Below, piece after piece: positions 16,421 to 26,040 of a stretch of 32,000 nucleotides of DNA. The DNA is from Candidatus Saccharimonadota bacterium (GTDB lineage Bacteria; Bacteroidota; Bacteroidia; Cytophagales; Amoebophilaceae), in NCBI RefSeq assembly GCF_964030745.1, contig NZ_OZ034918.1:1-32000 (forward strand), read 5' to 3'. The position numbers were made by a program, and so were the translations under genes. The notes beneath the pieces were generated by a model. It saw only the letters and a list, made by a program, of their open reading frames with translations, was not told the origin of the DNA and ran no database searches. Every line of letters starts with the position of its first letter. Positions within the stretch are counted from its first letter, which is position 1.

Positions 16421-17602
16421 ATGATTGGTATTCAAGGAGTTTCTTTTAAAGACAAAAAAGTACTCATACGGGTTGATTTTAATGTCCCTATAACAGACGA
16501 GGGTGTCATTACTGATGACTGGCGTATTCGAAGGAGTTTGCCAACGATTCAAAAAGTAACACAGGATCGAGGCATAGCCATTTTACTCTCTCATTTTGGA
16601 AGACCTAAAGATGGGTATGAACGACGTTATTCGCTAAGCAGACTCTTACCTGTATTATCTAATTTATTGCAACAACCTATTCGGTTTGCATCCAGTTGTA
16701 TAGGCGCAGCGGTGCAAGAACAGATAGGCATGCTAGAACCAGGCCATATCTTATTACTGGAGAATGTTCGTTTCCATGCAGAAGAAACATTAGAGGATAG
16801 TAACTTTGCGCGGGGCTTGGCTGCATTGGCAGATGTCTATATCAATGAAGCCTTTGGAGCCATTCATAGAAATCATGCCTCTACTAGTTTATTGCCTACT
16901 TATTTTAAAGAACGTTATGCTGGCTATTTATTACAGCAAGAAATAGCGGCTATTGATAGGCTTTTTTCAAAGGAAGAAGCTCCTGTGGTTGCTATTATGG
17001 GCGGGAGTAAATTGGTAGATAAAGCCAAACCTATTGAAGGTTTAATGCGTTATGTAGACCATATATTGATTGGTGGAGGGCTTGTGTTGCCTTTTTACCA
17101 TGCGGGGCAGGCTAAACAGCTGGTCTATACTGAAACAGAGGCAATTGCTAGCAGGTTGTTTGGCGTGTTGCGCAACAGCCACTGTCAATTATGGTTGCCT
17201 ACAGATGTCTTAACTGCCCCTGAAATGGATAAGCAGGCTATGCTATCTACCGCATCACTTGCGCATATGCCATGTAACGCCAATATTGTAGATATTGGGC
17301 CAGCCGCGCAAGCCCACTTTGCTGCACAGATCCTACAGGCTAAGACCATCTTATGGGCCGGTCCTATGGGCGTATTTGAGTGGGAGCAGTGTGTTGCTGG
17401 TACTGTGGCTATTGCACAGGCCATTGCACAAGCTACTGCGCAGGGTGCCTACAGCATAGTGGGAGGGGGAGATACCGCTGCTGCTGTTAAGCAAATAGGA
17501 TATGAAAATCAGGTTTCCTATATTTCCACAGGAGGAGGAGCGTTGCTGGCCTATATTGCAGCAGATAGAAAACTACCAAGTTTAGAGGCACTTAAGGAAT
17601 AG
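16421..17602 (+). CDS. pgk: Phosphoglycerate kinase
   Basis: VLIRVDFNVP, FGRPKDG, and GGGDTAAAV near the C-terminus. 393 aa. Confidence 0.96.
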   Translation: MIGIQGVSFKDKKVLIRVDFNVPITDEGVITDDWRIRRSLPTIQKVTQDRGIAILLSHFGRPKDGYERRYSLSRLLPVLSNLLQQPIRFASSCIGAAVQEQIGMLEPGHILLLENVRFHAEETLEDSNFARGLAALADVYINEAFGAIHRNHASTSLLPTYFKERYAGYLLQQEIAAIDRLFSKEEAPVVAIMGGSKLVDKAKPIEGLMRYVDHILIGGGLVLPFYHAGQAKQLVYTETEAIASRLFGVLRNSHCQLWLPTDVLTAPEMDKQAMLSTASLAHMPCNANIVDIGPAAQAHFAAQILQAKTILWAGPMGVFEWEQCVAGTVAIAQAIAQATAQGAYSIVGGGDTAAAVKQIGYENQVSYISTGGGALLAYIAADRKLPSLEALKE

Positions 17603-17643
17603 TTTAGTGATGAGCTATAACTGAGCCATTTAATAAAAACAAA

Positions 17644-19863
17644 ATGAATATGTTGCGTAAAAAAATCTTGCTGTCTGGAATATATATAGGGTTGTATATG
17701 GGCGTTATATACCCTATTTATGGCACTAGCCAACAAGCGATCCCGTCAGTTGATCAGATTATAATAGCAAAACCAATACCTATAGAAAAGCATATAACAC
17801 CTATAGAGGTGCACCTAGCAGCTGCCAAGGGAAATGCAACCCATATTCGTTCTTTAATTGCTGCTGGCAAAAACGTGCAGGTATTGGACAAAAATAAAAT
17901 TAGTGCACTCCATATTGCCGCTGCTAAAGGTTATTTACTTTGTGTACAAGAACTTATTAATGTAGGTGTGCCAGTTAATATAGTAGATTACTTAGGTAGA
18001 ACACCACTCTATCTTGCGGCTCAAAATGGACACCTGGCCATTGTTCGAGAGCTGATTGCGGTTGGTGCGACCAATCGGCTCTCCGATGGCCACGGTAGGA
18101 CACCCTTGCATGTTGCTGCAGGAGCTGGCCAAGCCTCATGCGTGCAATACTTAATTCAAAAGGGTGCGCATGTACATGTAAATGGATTTGATCAAGATGG
18201 TTTTACACCCTTACATTATGCTGCTTTGTCAGGTTCATTTGCATCTGTTCAAGCTTTAGTAAATGCCGGTGCAAAGGTGCAGCTGTTTACCAAACAGCAT
18301 ATCACCCCTTTACATGCTGCTGCGCAAAGTGGTGATGTTGCTTCTATACGGCTATTAATCCATCACCATGCTCCTGTAAATGCCATTACACCAAATGGTA
18401 TTTCACCTCTTTACCTAGCGGCTCAATATGGTAAAATAGCTGCGTGCAAAGAACTGTTACATTCTAAAGCAGATATTCATGCAGTAGAAGGGCTCAATAC
18501 GCCTTTACATGCTGCTGTTTTAGGTGGCCATTTAGATTGCGTAAATCTATTATTAAAGGCAGGTAGCGATCCATCTGCGTGTAATAAGGAAAAAAATACC
18601 CCTCTGCATATAGCAGCTCGGGATGGTAAAAGCGATTGCTTGAAAGCATTAATAGCCGTAAATGAAGCATATGTACAGTTAGTAGGTGAAAAGCAGCGAA
18701 CCCCTTTGCATTGGGCAGCTCGATCAGGCCATCTTGCTTGTATAGAGCAACTTATTGAGGCAGGGGCGACTATCAATGTTACAGATTTCCATAACAAAAC
18801 CCCTCTGCATCTAAGCGCTTTCTATGGACACGATCGTTGCCTAGATAGGTTGCTACAAGCTGGTGCCAACCCACGTGCTGCCACTCATATAGGATTTACA
18901 CCATTGCATATGGCTACCAAAAGCAGCAATATAAGGTGCTTACAAGCGTTGTTAGAAGCTGGTGCCGAGCCTTCTATTGTCGACAGTTTTAAAAATACCC
19001 CCCTTCATTTATCTACTGCCTTTCAAAATATAGATGCTAGCTTGGAGCTTATAAAAGCTGATGCATCATGCGTAAACATGGCCAATGAATGGGGGGTAAT
19101 ACCACTACATCTAGCTGCAAAAGCAGGGGACTTGATTGCTTTGCAAGCACTTATCGAAGCAAAATCTAAAGTGAATGCTGCAAAAAAAACAGATGCTACC
19201 GCTTTGCATATAGTGGCACAAAGAGGCTACATAGCTTGTTTAAAAGCATTGATACAAGCAGGTGGAAAGGTTAGGGTCTACAATAAGGCTAAGGAAACCC
19301 CACTCTACCTAGCTGCTGCTAATGGCCATTTGGATTGTGTAGAGGCATTGATTGAAGCCGATCAAAATCAGCACTCTATAACCAAAAAGCTCAAAAGCAA
19401 GCTAGAGGGGCAACCACTTCTCAACAAGGTTATGAAAAACAAGCCTAAATTAGATATGGCCAATAAATTTAATGAAACCCCTTTATATGCTGCAGTCAAA
19501 AATGGGCATACTGATTGTGTGGTATTCCTGACACGTTCTGGTGCAAAAGTAAATATTAAAAATAAGCAAGGAGAATCCCTCTTACATCTTGCTGCACAAC
19601 ATGGTTGTGAAGTCTGTGTAAGGGCTATTCTAGGTGCAAAAGGTGCAAAAGCAGGTATTAATGCACTAGACTCCTATAAAAATACACCGTTACATCTTGC
19701 TGCTCAGAATGGTCATATTAAAGTGGTGCAAGAACTCATAAGAGCAGGTGCGTTATCAAAGAAAAATAAGTTTAATAAGACGCCTGCTTATTTGGCACTA
19801 CAGAATGGGCATGAAAAGTGCCATCAATTGTTGAATATTTACTTTGAGCATCAATCAAAATAA
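17644..19863 (+). CDS. Ankyrin-repeat protein, 20 tandem ANK repeats, N-terminal signal peptide or membrane anchor
   Basis: N-terminus MNMLRKKILLSGIYIGLYMGVIYPIYGTSQQ. This is followed by 20 units of the type xTPLHxAAxxGHxxCVxxLIxAGAxVN, counted by hand. One ~40-aa Lys-rich non-ANK insert (DQNQHSITKKLKSKLEGQPLLNKVMKNKPKLD) lies between repeats 16 and 17. Confidence 0.95.
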   Translation: MNMLRKKILLSGIYIGLYMGVIYPIYGTSQQAIPSVDQIIIAKPIPIEKHITPIEVHLAAAKGNATHIRSLIAAGKNVQVLDKNKISALHIAAAKGYLLCVQELINVGVPVNIVDYLGRTPLYLAAQNGHLAIVRELIAVGATNRLSDGHGRTPLHVAAGAGQASCVQYLIQKGAHVHVNGFDQDGFTPLHYAALSGSFASVQALVNAGAKVQLFTKQHITPLHAAAQSGDVASIRLLIHHHAPVNAITPNGISPLYLAAQYGKIAACKELLHSKADIHAVEGLNTPLHAAVLGGHLDCVNLLLKAGSDPSACNKEKNTPLHIAARDGKSDCLKALIAVNEAYVQLVGEKQRTPLHWAARSGHLACIEQLIEAGATINVTDFHNKTPLHLSAFYGHDRCLDRLLQAGANPRAATHIGFTPLHMATKSSNIRCLQALLEAGAEPSIVDSFKNTPLHLSTAFQNIDASLELIKADASCVNMANEWGVIPLHLAAKAGDLIALQALIEAKSKVNAAKKTDATALHIVAQRGYIACLKALIQAGGKVRVYNKAKETPLYLAAANGHLDCVEALIEADQNQHSITKKLKSKLEGQPLLNKVMKNKPKLDMANKFNETPLYAAVKNGHTDCVVFLTRSGAKVNIKNKQGESLLHLAAQHGCEVCVRAILGAKGAKAGINALDSYKNTPLHLAAQNGHIKVVQELIRAGALSKKNKFNKTPAYLALQNGHEKCHQLLNIYFEHQSK

Positions 19864-20334
19864 TAGTTTTTTTATACAATTATTATTAGGGATGGGTGTA
19901 TATACACTTGTTATACTGTAAGATTTTAATGGACCATCCACCATATAAACCACACTAAATCTATCCGCTTCAAAAATGTACTTTGACACATATCGATCTT
20001 GAATACATAGATGTGCTCCATTGATTTGACCATCTAGTAGATTGAATCTATACAATAGCCTTCCGTCATAAAAGTGTTTAGATAAAGATGCGTTAGCCAT
20101 ATCATAGATATATTGATATTGCTGTTTACCTATATGCGTAGTATGTGATTGTAAAGTGTGTAGCGTAACTTTTTCTGAATATAAAATTAAACAGGGGTTT
20201 TCTTTGGATACTGTAAAAAGTCCGTAGCCATGCGCTATAGCATTTTGTGCTGGAATCTCTGCGGTTACCCACCTAGCTATTTTCCATACACCGGGAAAAA
20301 AATCAAATATTTGCTTTGCGCTATTTGGCTGCAT
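19855..20334 (-). CDS. DUF6314-like hypothetical protein
   Basis: FPGVWKIAR..GYGLF..ILYSEKV..YQYIY..FYDGRLLYRF..HLCIQDRYVSKYIF..VDGPLKSYSITSVY fits the G-W..R / Y-E / DGR / H-C..D-Y / GP-K-Y pattern recalled for this family. The ATG at 20334 avoids overlap with accA. The 3' end overlaps the ANK gene stop by 9 nt (convergent). Confidence 0.6.
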   Translation of the reverse strand: MQPNSAKQIFDFFPGVWKIARWVTAEIPAQNAIAHGYGLFTVSKENPCLILYSEKVTLHTLQSHTTHIGKQQYQYIYDMANASLSKHFYDGRLLYRFNLLDGQINGAHLCIQDRYVSKYIFEADRFSVVYMVDGPLKSYSITSVYTPIPNNNCIKKLLF

Positions 20335-20339
20335 ACAGA

Positions 20340-21287
20340 TCAGCTGATGCTGCCCATTGCACAAAACTTCTCTGTTCGTTCTTGGAGTAGGGTGTCAATA
20401 GGCTTACTGGATAATTTTTCTAAATGATTGAGAATACTTTCCTTAATAAGTGCTGCGGCGGTTGGTAAGTCTCTATGTGCCCCCCCCATTGGCTCTTTGA
20501 TAAGGCCATCTATTAAACGAAATTTAGACATATCCTTAGCAGTTACTTGCAGCATTTCTGCAGCCTGCTCCTTGTAGTCCCAACTTTTCCAGAGGATAGC
20601 AGAACAAGACTCAGGCGTAATAACGGAATACCAGGTATGTTCTAACATGAGTACATAGTCACCTATTCCAATGCCTAAAGCCCCACCTGATGCGCCCTCA
20701 CCAATCACAATGGCTATAATAGGCACACGTAAGCCAAACATTGCTTGAATATTGTTGGCAATGGCTTCTGCTTGACCGCGTTCTTCTGCTTCCAGTCCTG
20801 GATAGGCACCAGGTGTATCTATAAAGGTAATAATGGGTTTGTTAAATTTTTCTGCCAAACGCATCAAACGAAGCGCTTTACGGTAGCCTTCTGGATTCGG
20901 CATGCCAAAGTTCCGCATTTGACGTTCTTTGGTCGTTCTTCCTTTTTGGTGGCCAATGAACATCATCGTTTGCCCATTTATTGTACCAAATCCACCTACC
21001 ATTGCTTGATCATCTCCTGCAAGACGGTCTCCATGTAATTCGACAAAGTTTTCTGTAATCTGTTGGAGGTAATCGAGTGTATAGGGCCTATCTGGATGGC
21101 GCGCCAGTTGAACCCGCTGCCACCTGGTTAGATTTTGAAAAGTTCTTTGTTGTAATGCCTGTATATCATCAGCTAATTTAGCAACCGAAGCCATAAGCGC
21201 TGGTGCATTTTGCGCTTTAGCAGCTGCTTGCATTCTGGCAAGCTTTTCTTCAAGTTTAACAATCGGTTTTTCAAAATCTAATAGCAT
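20340..21287 (-). CDS. accA: Acetyl-CoA carboxylase carboxyltransferase alpha subunit
   Basis: LDFEKPIVKLEEK.., RHPDRPYTLDY, FIDTPGAYPG, and GEGASGGALG. Confidence 0.96.
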   Translation of the reverse strand: MLLDFEKPIVKLEEKLARMQAAAKAQNAPALMASVAKLADDIQALQQRTFQNLTRWQRVQLARHPDRPYTLDYLQQITENFVELHGDRLAGDDQAMVGGFGTINGQTMMFIGHQKGRTTKERQMRNFGMPNPEGYRKALRLMRLAEKFNKPIITFIDTPGAYPGLEAEERGQAEAIANNIQAMFGLRVPIIAIVIGEGASGGALGIGIGDYVLMLEHTWYSVITPESCSAILWKSWDYKEQAAEMLQVTAKDMSKFRLIDGLIKEPMGGAHRDLPTAAALIKESILNHLEKLSSKPIDTLLQERTEKFCAMGSIS

Positions 21288-21518
21288 ACAATAGCAGTTT
21301 GTTACAGTTCCAGGGAAGGGCTCGTTATGAAGATAGGCCTATTTGCCAATATTCTTCCTATTTTCATAGGCAAATCTAAGGCTTTTTTAGCATAACCTAA
21401 CGGATATATGGTCTTGTATCATTTTTATAGGTAAAGGTGCATCTATTCCCTATAACTTTTTCACTAAATTGCAACTTGTAGTGTTTTAAAATTATAGGTC
21501 TTATTTAGGTAGGTATAG

Positions 21519-24500
21519 ATGAAAAAGTACAAAACCCAATCGCAGCTCAATTTGTTAGAAATTGCAAAAGAAATCAACCTTTTTTGGGAAGAACAAAAAA
21601 CATTTGAGCGCTCTATGCAACAGCGTGAAGGCAGCACGCCTTTTGTTTTTTTTGAAGGTCCCCCTTCAGCAAATGGTGCACCTGGAGTACACCATATTTT
21701 GGCCATGACAGTAAAAGATCTTTTTACGCGGTATAAGACCATGCAAGGCTATTATGTGTCTCGCAAAAGTGGTTGGGATACCCATGGTTTACCGGTAGAG
21801 CTCCAAGTAGAAAAGAAACTAGGTATTACCAAGGAAGATATCGGTAAAAAAATTAGCATTATTGATTACAATCAAGCATGCAGGGAAACGGTTATGGCCT
21901 ATAAAAGTGAATGGGAAACGCTCAACAAGCTGCTAGGCTATTGGAAAGACAACCTGAATCCTTATATCACCTATGAACGTGATTATATTGAGTCTGTTTG
22001 GTACTTACTAAAAGCACTGTACAATAAAGAATTGCTCTATAAAGGCCATACCATACAACCTTACTCACCGAGTACTGGCACAGGGTTGAGTTCCCATGAA
22101 TTAAACCAGCCTGGCTGTTATAAGTTGGTTAAAGACCTTTCTATTGTGGCACAATTTAAGCACAGGGAAAATGAATATTTTCTAGCATGGACAACCACCC
22201 CATGGACCCTCCCTGCAAATAGTGCCTTAGCGGTAGGGGCTGCGATTAACTATGTTAAGGTCGCGACCATCAACCCCTATACCTACCTTCCTGTTCATGT
22301 GATCTTAGCGGAAGATGCTGTAAAACGTTTTTTTACAGGTGAGCAAGCTAGTTGTGATGGCTATCAGCCTGGTCATAAGGCTGATCGTGCTACATTACCT
22401 TGGAAGATCGTGGCGCGTTATACAGGGGCCGATTTAGTAGGCTTGCGTTACGAACAGCTTTTGCCCTATGTCCAGCCTCAAGGAGATGCTTTTAAGGTAG
22501 TTGCAGCTGATTTTGTGACTACTACAGAAGGTACCGGTATTGTGCACATTGCGCCTACCTTTGGTGCAGATGACTACCGCCTTGCTCAAAAAGAAAATAT
22601 TGCTGCTATTATGGTGACCAATTCAGCAGGCGAATCGGTTCCAATTGTAGATAGGAAAGGTCGTTTTGTACCAGAAATTACTGATTTTGCTGGGCGTTAT
22701 GTTAAAGCTGCCTATGAAGCAGATGCCACTTTACCTGCTGTAGACTTACTGATCGCTACTAAACTAAAGCAAGAAAATAAGGTCTTTAAGGTAGAAAAGT
22801 ATGAGCACAGTTATCCCCATTGCTGGCGTACCCATAAACCTATTCTCTACTATCCACTAGATGCCTGGTTTATTAAAACAACCGCTTATAAGGAATTATT
22901 GATTGAGTTAAACGATACCATTCAATGGAAACCTGCTGCTGTGGGCAAAGGACGATTTGGTAATTGGTTAGAAAATCTGGTAGACTGGAACTTAAGCCGT
23001 GAACGCTACTGGGGTATTCCGCTCCCTATCTGGCGTACTGCTGATCAAAAAGAGGAAAAATGCATCAGTTCTATAGCTGAACTGATGTTTGAAGTAGAGC
23101 AAGCAGTCTTGGCTGGCTATATGAAAGCGCAATTGCCGGCAGATATCGATTTACACCGTCCTTATGTAGATGATATTGTACTGGTCAGTAGTAATGGCCT
23201 CCCTATGTATCGAGAAACCGCTGTAATAGATGTTTGGTTCGATTCCGGTGCAATGCCTTGTGCACAATGGCATTATCCATTTGAAAATCAAGAGCTATTT
23301 GAAAAAGGTTTTCCTGCTGATTTTATTGCAGAAGGGGTAGACCAAACCAGAGGGTGGTTTTTTACCTTACACGCTATTTCTACATTGCTTTTTGAAATGC
23401 CTGCCTTTAAAAGTGTAGTAGTTAATGGACTAGTACTTGATAAACATGGCAATAAAATGTCTAAAAGCGTTGGTAATACCATTGATCCCATGGCACTATT
23501 GGCTCAATATGGGCCAGATGCCATACGTTGGTATATGATTGGTAATGCCAATCCGTGGGATAATTTAAAGTTTGACACAACAGGTGTAGCGGAAGCAGCA
23601 CGTAAGTTTTTTATTACGCTTAATAGCACCTATAACTTTTTTGCCCTTTATGCCAATCTAGATCAGTTCTACTTTCAGAAAAGTGTAATGGCCAGTAGTG
23701 ATTTAGATAAAAGTGATAGGTGGATCATTTCCCGTTCTCATACCCTGATTAAAACTGTAACAGAGGCCTATGAGCACTATGAACCTACACTAGTGGCTAG
23801 AATGATTCAAGATTTTGTAGTAGATGATTTAAGCAACTGGTATGTACGGCTGAATAGAAAAAGGTTTTGGAAAAATAGCCAGGATAAAGATAAAGAAGCT
23901 GCTTATCAGACCCTTTATCATTGTCTTATAACAGTTGCTAAACTCATGGCACCTATAGCGCCTTTTTATGCAGATTATCTCTACCAAGCATTGAACCATG
24001 TTACTGAAAAAGAAAAACATCAATCTGTACATTTATCAGATTTTCCAGTAGTAGCAGCAGAAGCTATAGATTCAGCTCTAGAAACAGATATGGGTCAAGT
24101 ACAAAAAATTGTTTCTTTAGCGCATGCTTTGCGCAAGAAGCATAAAATTAAGGTTCGTCAACCTTTGCCTAGTATCCGTATTGCAGGCCTCTTTGTTTCA
24201 GCTGGGTGGTTTCGGTTAGAAGAGTTGATTAAAGCGGAAATTAATGTCAAGCAAGTCCATTATTTAGATGATGCCCATCAGCTTAAAAAAGCAAAACCCA
24301 ACTTTCCCCTTTTAGGTAAACGGTATGGCCCTAAGATGAAAGAGCTTGGTGCAGCTATTTTAGCTTTAACACCTGCTGAAATTTATGCTTTAGAGCAGGG
24401 AAATACCCATCTATTGCACTTGCAAGGCGAGGCGATTCCCCTGACACTGGCAGATGTATCAATTGTTACAGAAGATATACCGGGATGGTGTGTGGCCACA

Positions 24501-24824
24501 GAGGGAGAAATAACGATTGCACTCGATACAACATTAGATGATGCGTTGCAAGAAGAGGGGGTAGCACGTGAATTTGTGCACCGTATTCAGCAATTGCGTA
24601 AAGCACTGAATTTTGACATTCAAGACAAAATATTAATTGATATCCAGGAAGATATAAAATATCTGGTTCAGGCTCTAGCTACTTATAAAGCGTATATTTG
24701 CACGGAAACACAAGCAGTCCAATTGCGCTTTGTGGCTGAATTAGAAGGAACTGAAATTGATATAGAAGGTCTAATGGTAGTTGTTCGGCTGACCAAACTA
24801 ACCCATTCCGATTGCAAAGTATAA
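21519..24824 (+). CDS. ileS: Isoleucine--tRNA ligase (long, type-2-like form)
   Basis: FFEGPPSANGAPGVHHIL (HIGH region), the CP1 editing region, and GNKMSKSVGN (KMSKS). 1101 aa. Confidence 0.97.
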   Translation: MKKYKTQSQLNLLEIAKEINLFWEEQKTFERSMQQREGSTPFVFFEGPPSANGAPGVHHILAMTVKDLFTRYKTMQGYYVSRKSGWDTHGLPVELQVEKKLGITKEDIGKKISIIDYNQACRETVMAYKSEWETLNKLLGYWKDNLNPYITYERDYIESVWYLLKALYNKELLYKGHTIQPYSPSTGTGLSSHELNQPGCYKLVKDLSIVAQFKHRENEYFLAWTTTPWTLPANSALAVGAAINYVKVATINPYTYLPVHVILAEDAVKRFFTGEQASCDGYQPGHKADRATLPWKIVARYTGADLVGLRYEQLLPYVQPQGDAFKVVAADFVTTTEGTGIVHIAPTFGADDYRLAQKENIAAIMVTNSAGESVPIVDRKGRFVPEITDFAGRYVKAAYEADATLPAVDLLIATKLKQENKVFKVEKYEHSYPHCWRTHKPILYYPLDAWFIKTTAYKELLIELNDTIQWKPAAVGKGRFGNWLENLVDWNLSRERYWGIPLPIWRTADQKEEKCISSIAELMFEVEQAVLAGYMKAQLPADIDLHRPYVDDIVLVSSNGLPMYRETAVIDVWFDSGAMPCAQWHYPFENQELFEKGFPADFIAEGVDQTRGWFFTLHAISTLLFEMPAFKSVVVNGLVLDKHGNKMSKSVGNTIDPMALLAQYGPDAIRWYMIGNANPWDNLKFDTTGVAEAARKFFITLNSTYNFFALYANLDQFYFQKSVMASSDLDKSDRWIISRSHTLIKTVTEAYEHYEPTLVARMIQDFVVDDLSNWYVRLNRKRFWKNSQDKDKEAAYQTLYHCLITVAKLMAPIAPFYADYLYQALNHVTEKEKHQSVHLSDFPVVAAEAIDSALETDMGQVQKIVSLAHALRKKHKIKVRQPLPSIRIAGLFVSAGWFRLEELIKAEINVKQVHYLDDAHQLKKAKPNFPLLGKRYGPKMKELGAAILALTPAEIYALEQGNTHLLHLQGEAIPLTLADVSIVTEDIPGWCVATEGEITIALDTTLDDALQEEGVAREFVHRIQQLRKALNFDIQDKILIDIQEDIKYLVQALATYKAYICTETQAVQLRFVAELEGTEIDIEGLMVVVRLTKLTHSDCKV

Positions 24825-24857
24825 TAAATTTTATGGCAGTATATTTTGGTAATCAAG

Positions 24858-25910
24858 TTAAGCATGGACAACGTCCATGATTTTTCTATCAAAAGCTTCT
24901 TTCGCTTCTTGCGCAAAGCCGATCTCTATAGGAATGTAAAATATAGGCAATACGCATAATAACTTACGCCAATGGTGGTTTATTAATCTTACATAATCTT
25001 TTTCTGTTGTAACAATCGCTTTATCTGGATGGCCCAGTCTATGAAATAAATGGATAATAGTATGTACGTCACCATCACTGAACCAGTGATGATCTGGAAA
25101 ATCCAAGTGTGTAACTTTATGTCCATTGTTTTCTAAGTGGTTCTGTAAGGGTAGGGGGTCTGCAATACCGGTAACCAGCAATAGTACAGTAGGTAGTTTA
25201 GCCCCTTTGAAACTTCCCACTGCAATAGGATCATGGTAAATGGTATGTGTAAAAAAAATTGATACTGAATTGGTATGATAGGTTTGTATGGCTGTTTTTA
25301 TTGGATCCATTGTTGCTTGGGTTAAGTTTGGTGAACTTTTGGTTACCAGCACTATATCGGCACGTGAAACCCCCTTACGTGGCTCACGCAATCGCCCAAA
25401 TGGTAAGAGGTGGTCTTTAAAAAAAGGCTGATGAAAACTGGTCAATACAATATTTAAATGAGGCGTAAGACTAAGGTGTTGAAAAGCATCATCTAAAAGT
25501 ACTACCTCAACTTCAGGTCTATATTCCATAATTTGGGCTATCCCTTTCACCCTATTTTCGCACACTGCAATCAACACATTAGGATTGTTTCCAAAGCGTT
25601 GATACAAAAGGTAAGGCTCATCACCTGCTGTGCAAACAGATTCTAGCGCATTGATTATTTTAAAGCCTATCGATTTGCGCTTATATCCCCTACTAAGCAC
25701 CGCTATAACGTGGCGCTTAGCAAGTAATGTAACCAAATAGACCACCAAAGGTGTTTTGCCAGTACCACCCAATGAAAGATTGCCTATACCAATCACTTTT
25801 GGTTTTTTTGGAAAAAAACTTTTTTTAATTTGCTTCTTGTAAAGATAATTGCGTAATGAAACCAACCTGCCATATACCCAACTTAATCCTTGTAAACATA
25901 GCGAAAACAT
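24858..25910 (-). CDS. lpxK: Tetraacyldisaccharide 4'-kinase
   Basis: P-loop GNLSLGGTGKTP, then SRGYKRKS and LDDAFQH. Confidence 0.93.
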   Translation of the reverse strand: MFSLCLQGLSWVYGRLVSLRNYLYKKQIKKSFFPKKPKVIGIGNLSLGGTGKTPLVVYLVTLLAKRHVIAVLSRGYKRKSIGFKIINALESVCTAGDEPYLLYQRFGNNPNVLIAVCENRVKGIAQIMEYRPEVEVVLLDDAFQHLSLTPHLNIVLTSFHQPFFKDHLLPFGRLREPRKGVSRADIVLVTKSSPNLTQATMDPIKTAIQTYHTNSVSIFFTHTIYHDPIAVGSFKGAKLPTVLLLVTGIADPLPLQNHLENNGHKVTHLDFPDHHWFSDGDVHTIIHLFHRLGHPDKAIVTTEKDYVRLINHHWRKLLCVLPIFYIPIEIGFAQEAKEAFDRKIMDVVHA

Positions 25911-26040
25911 AGCCCCTAGCTTTTAATAAAAAATAATTGATTGTATTACACAAATAACGATATATTTCTTATCTTAACTATAATATAATGCCAATCCAAT
26001 TGATTAACCTTGTGTTATATATTGTCTATTGAACACCACG

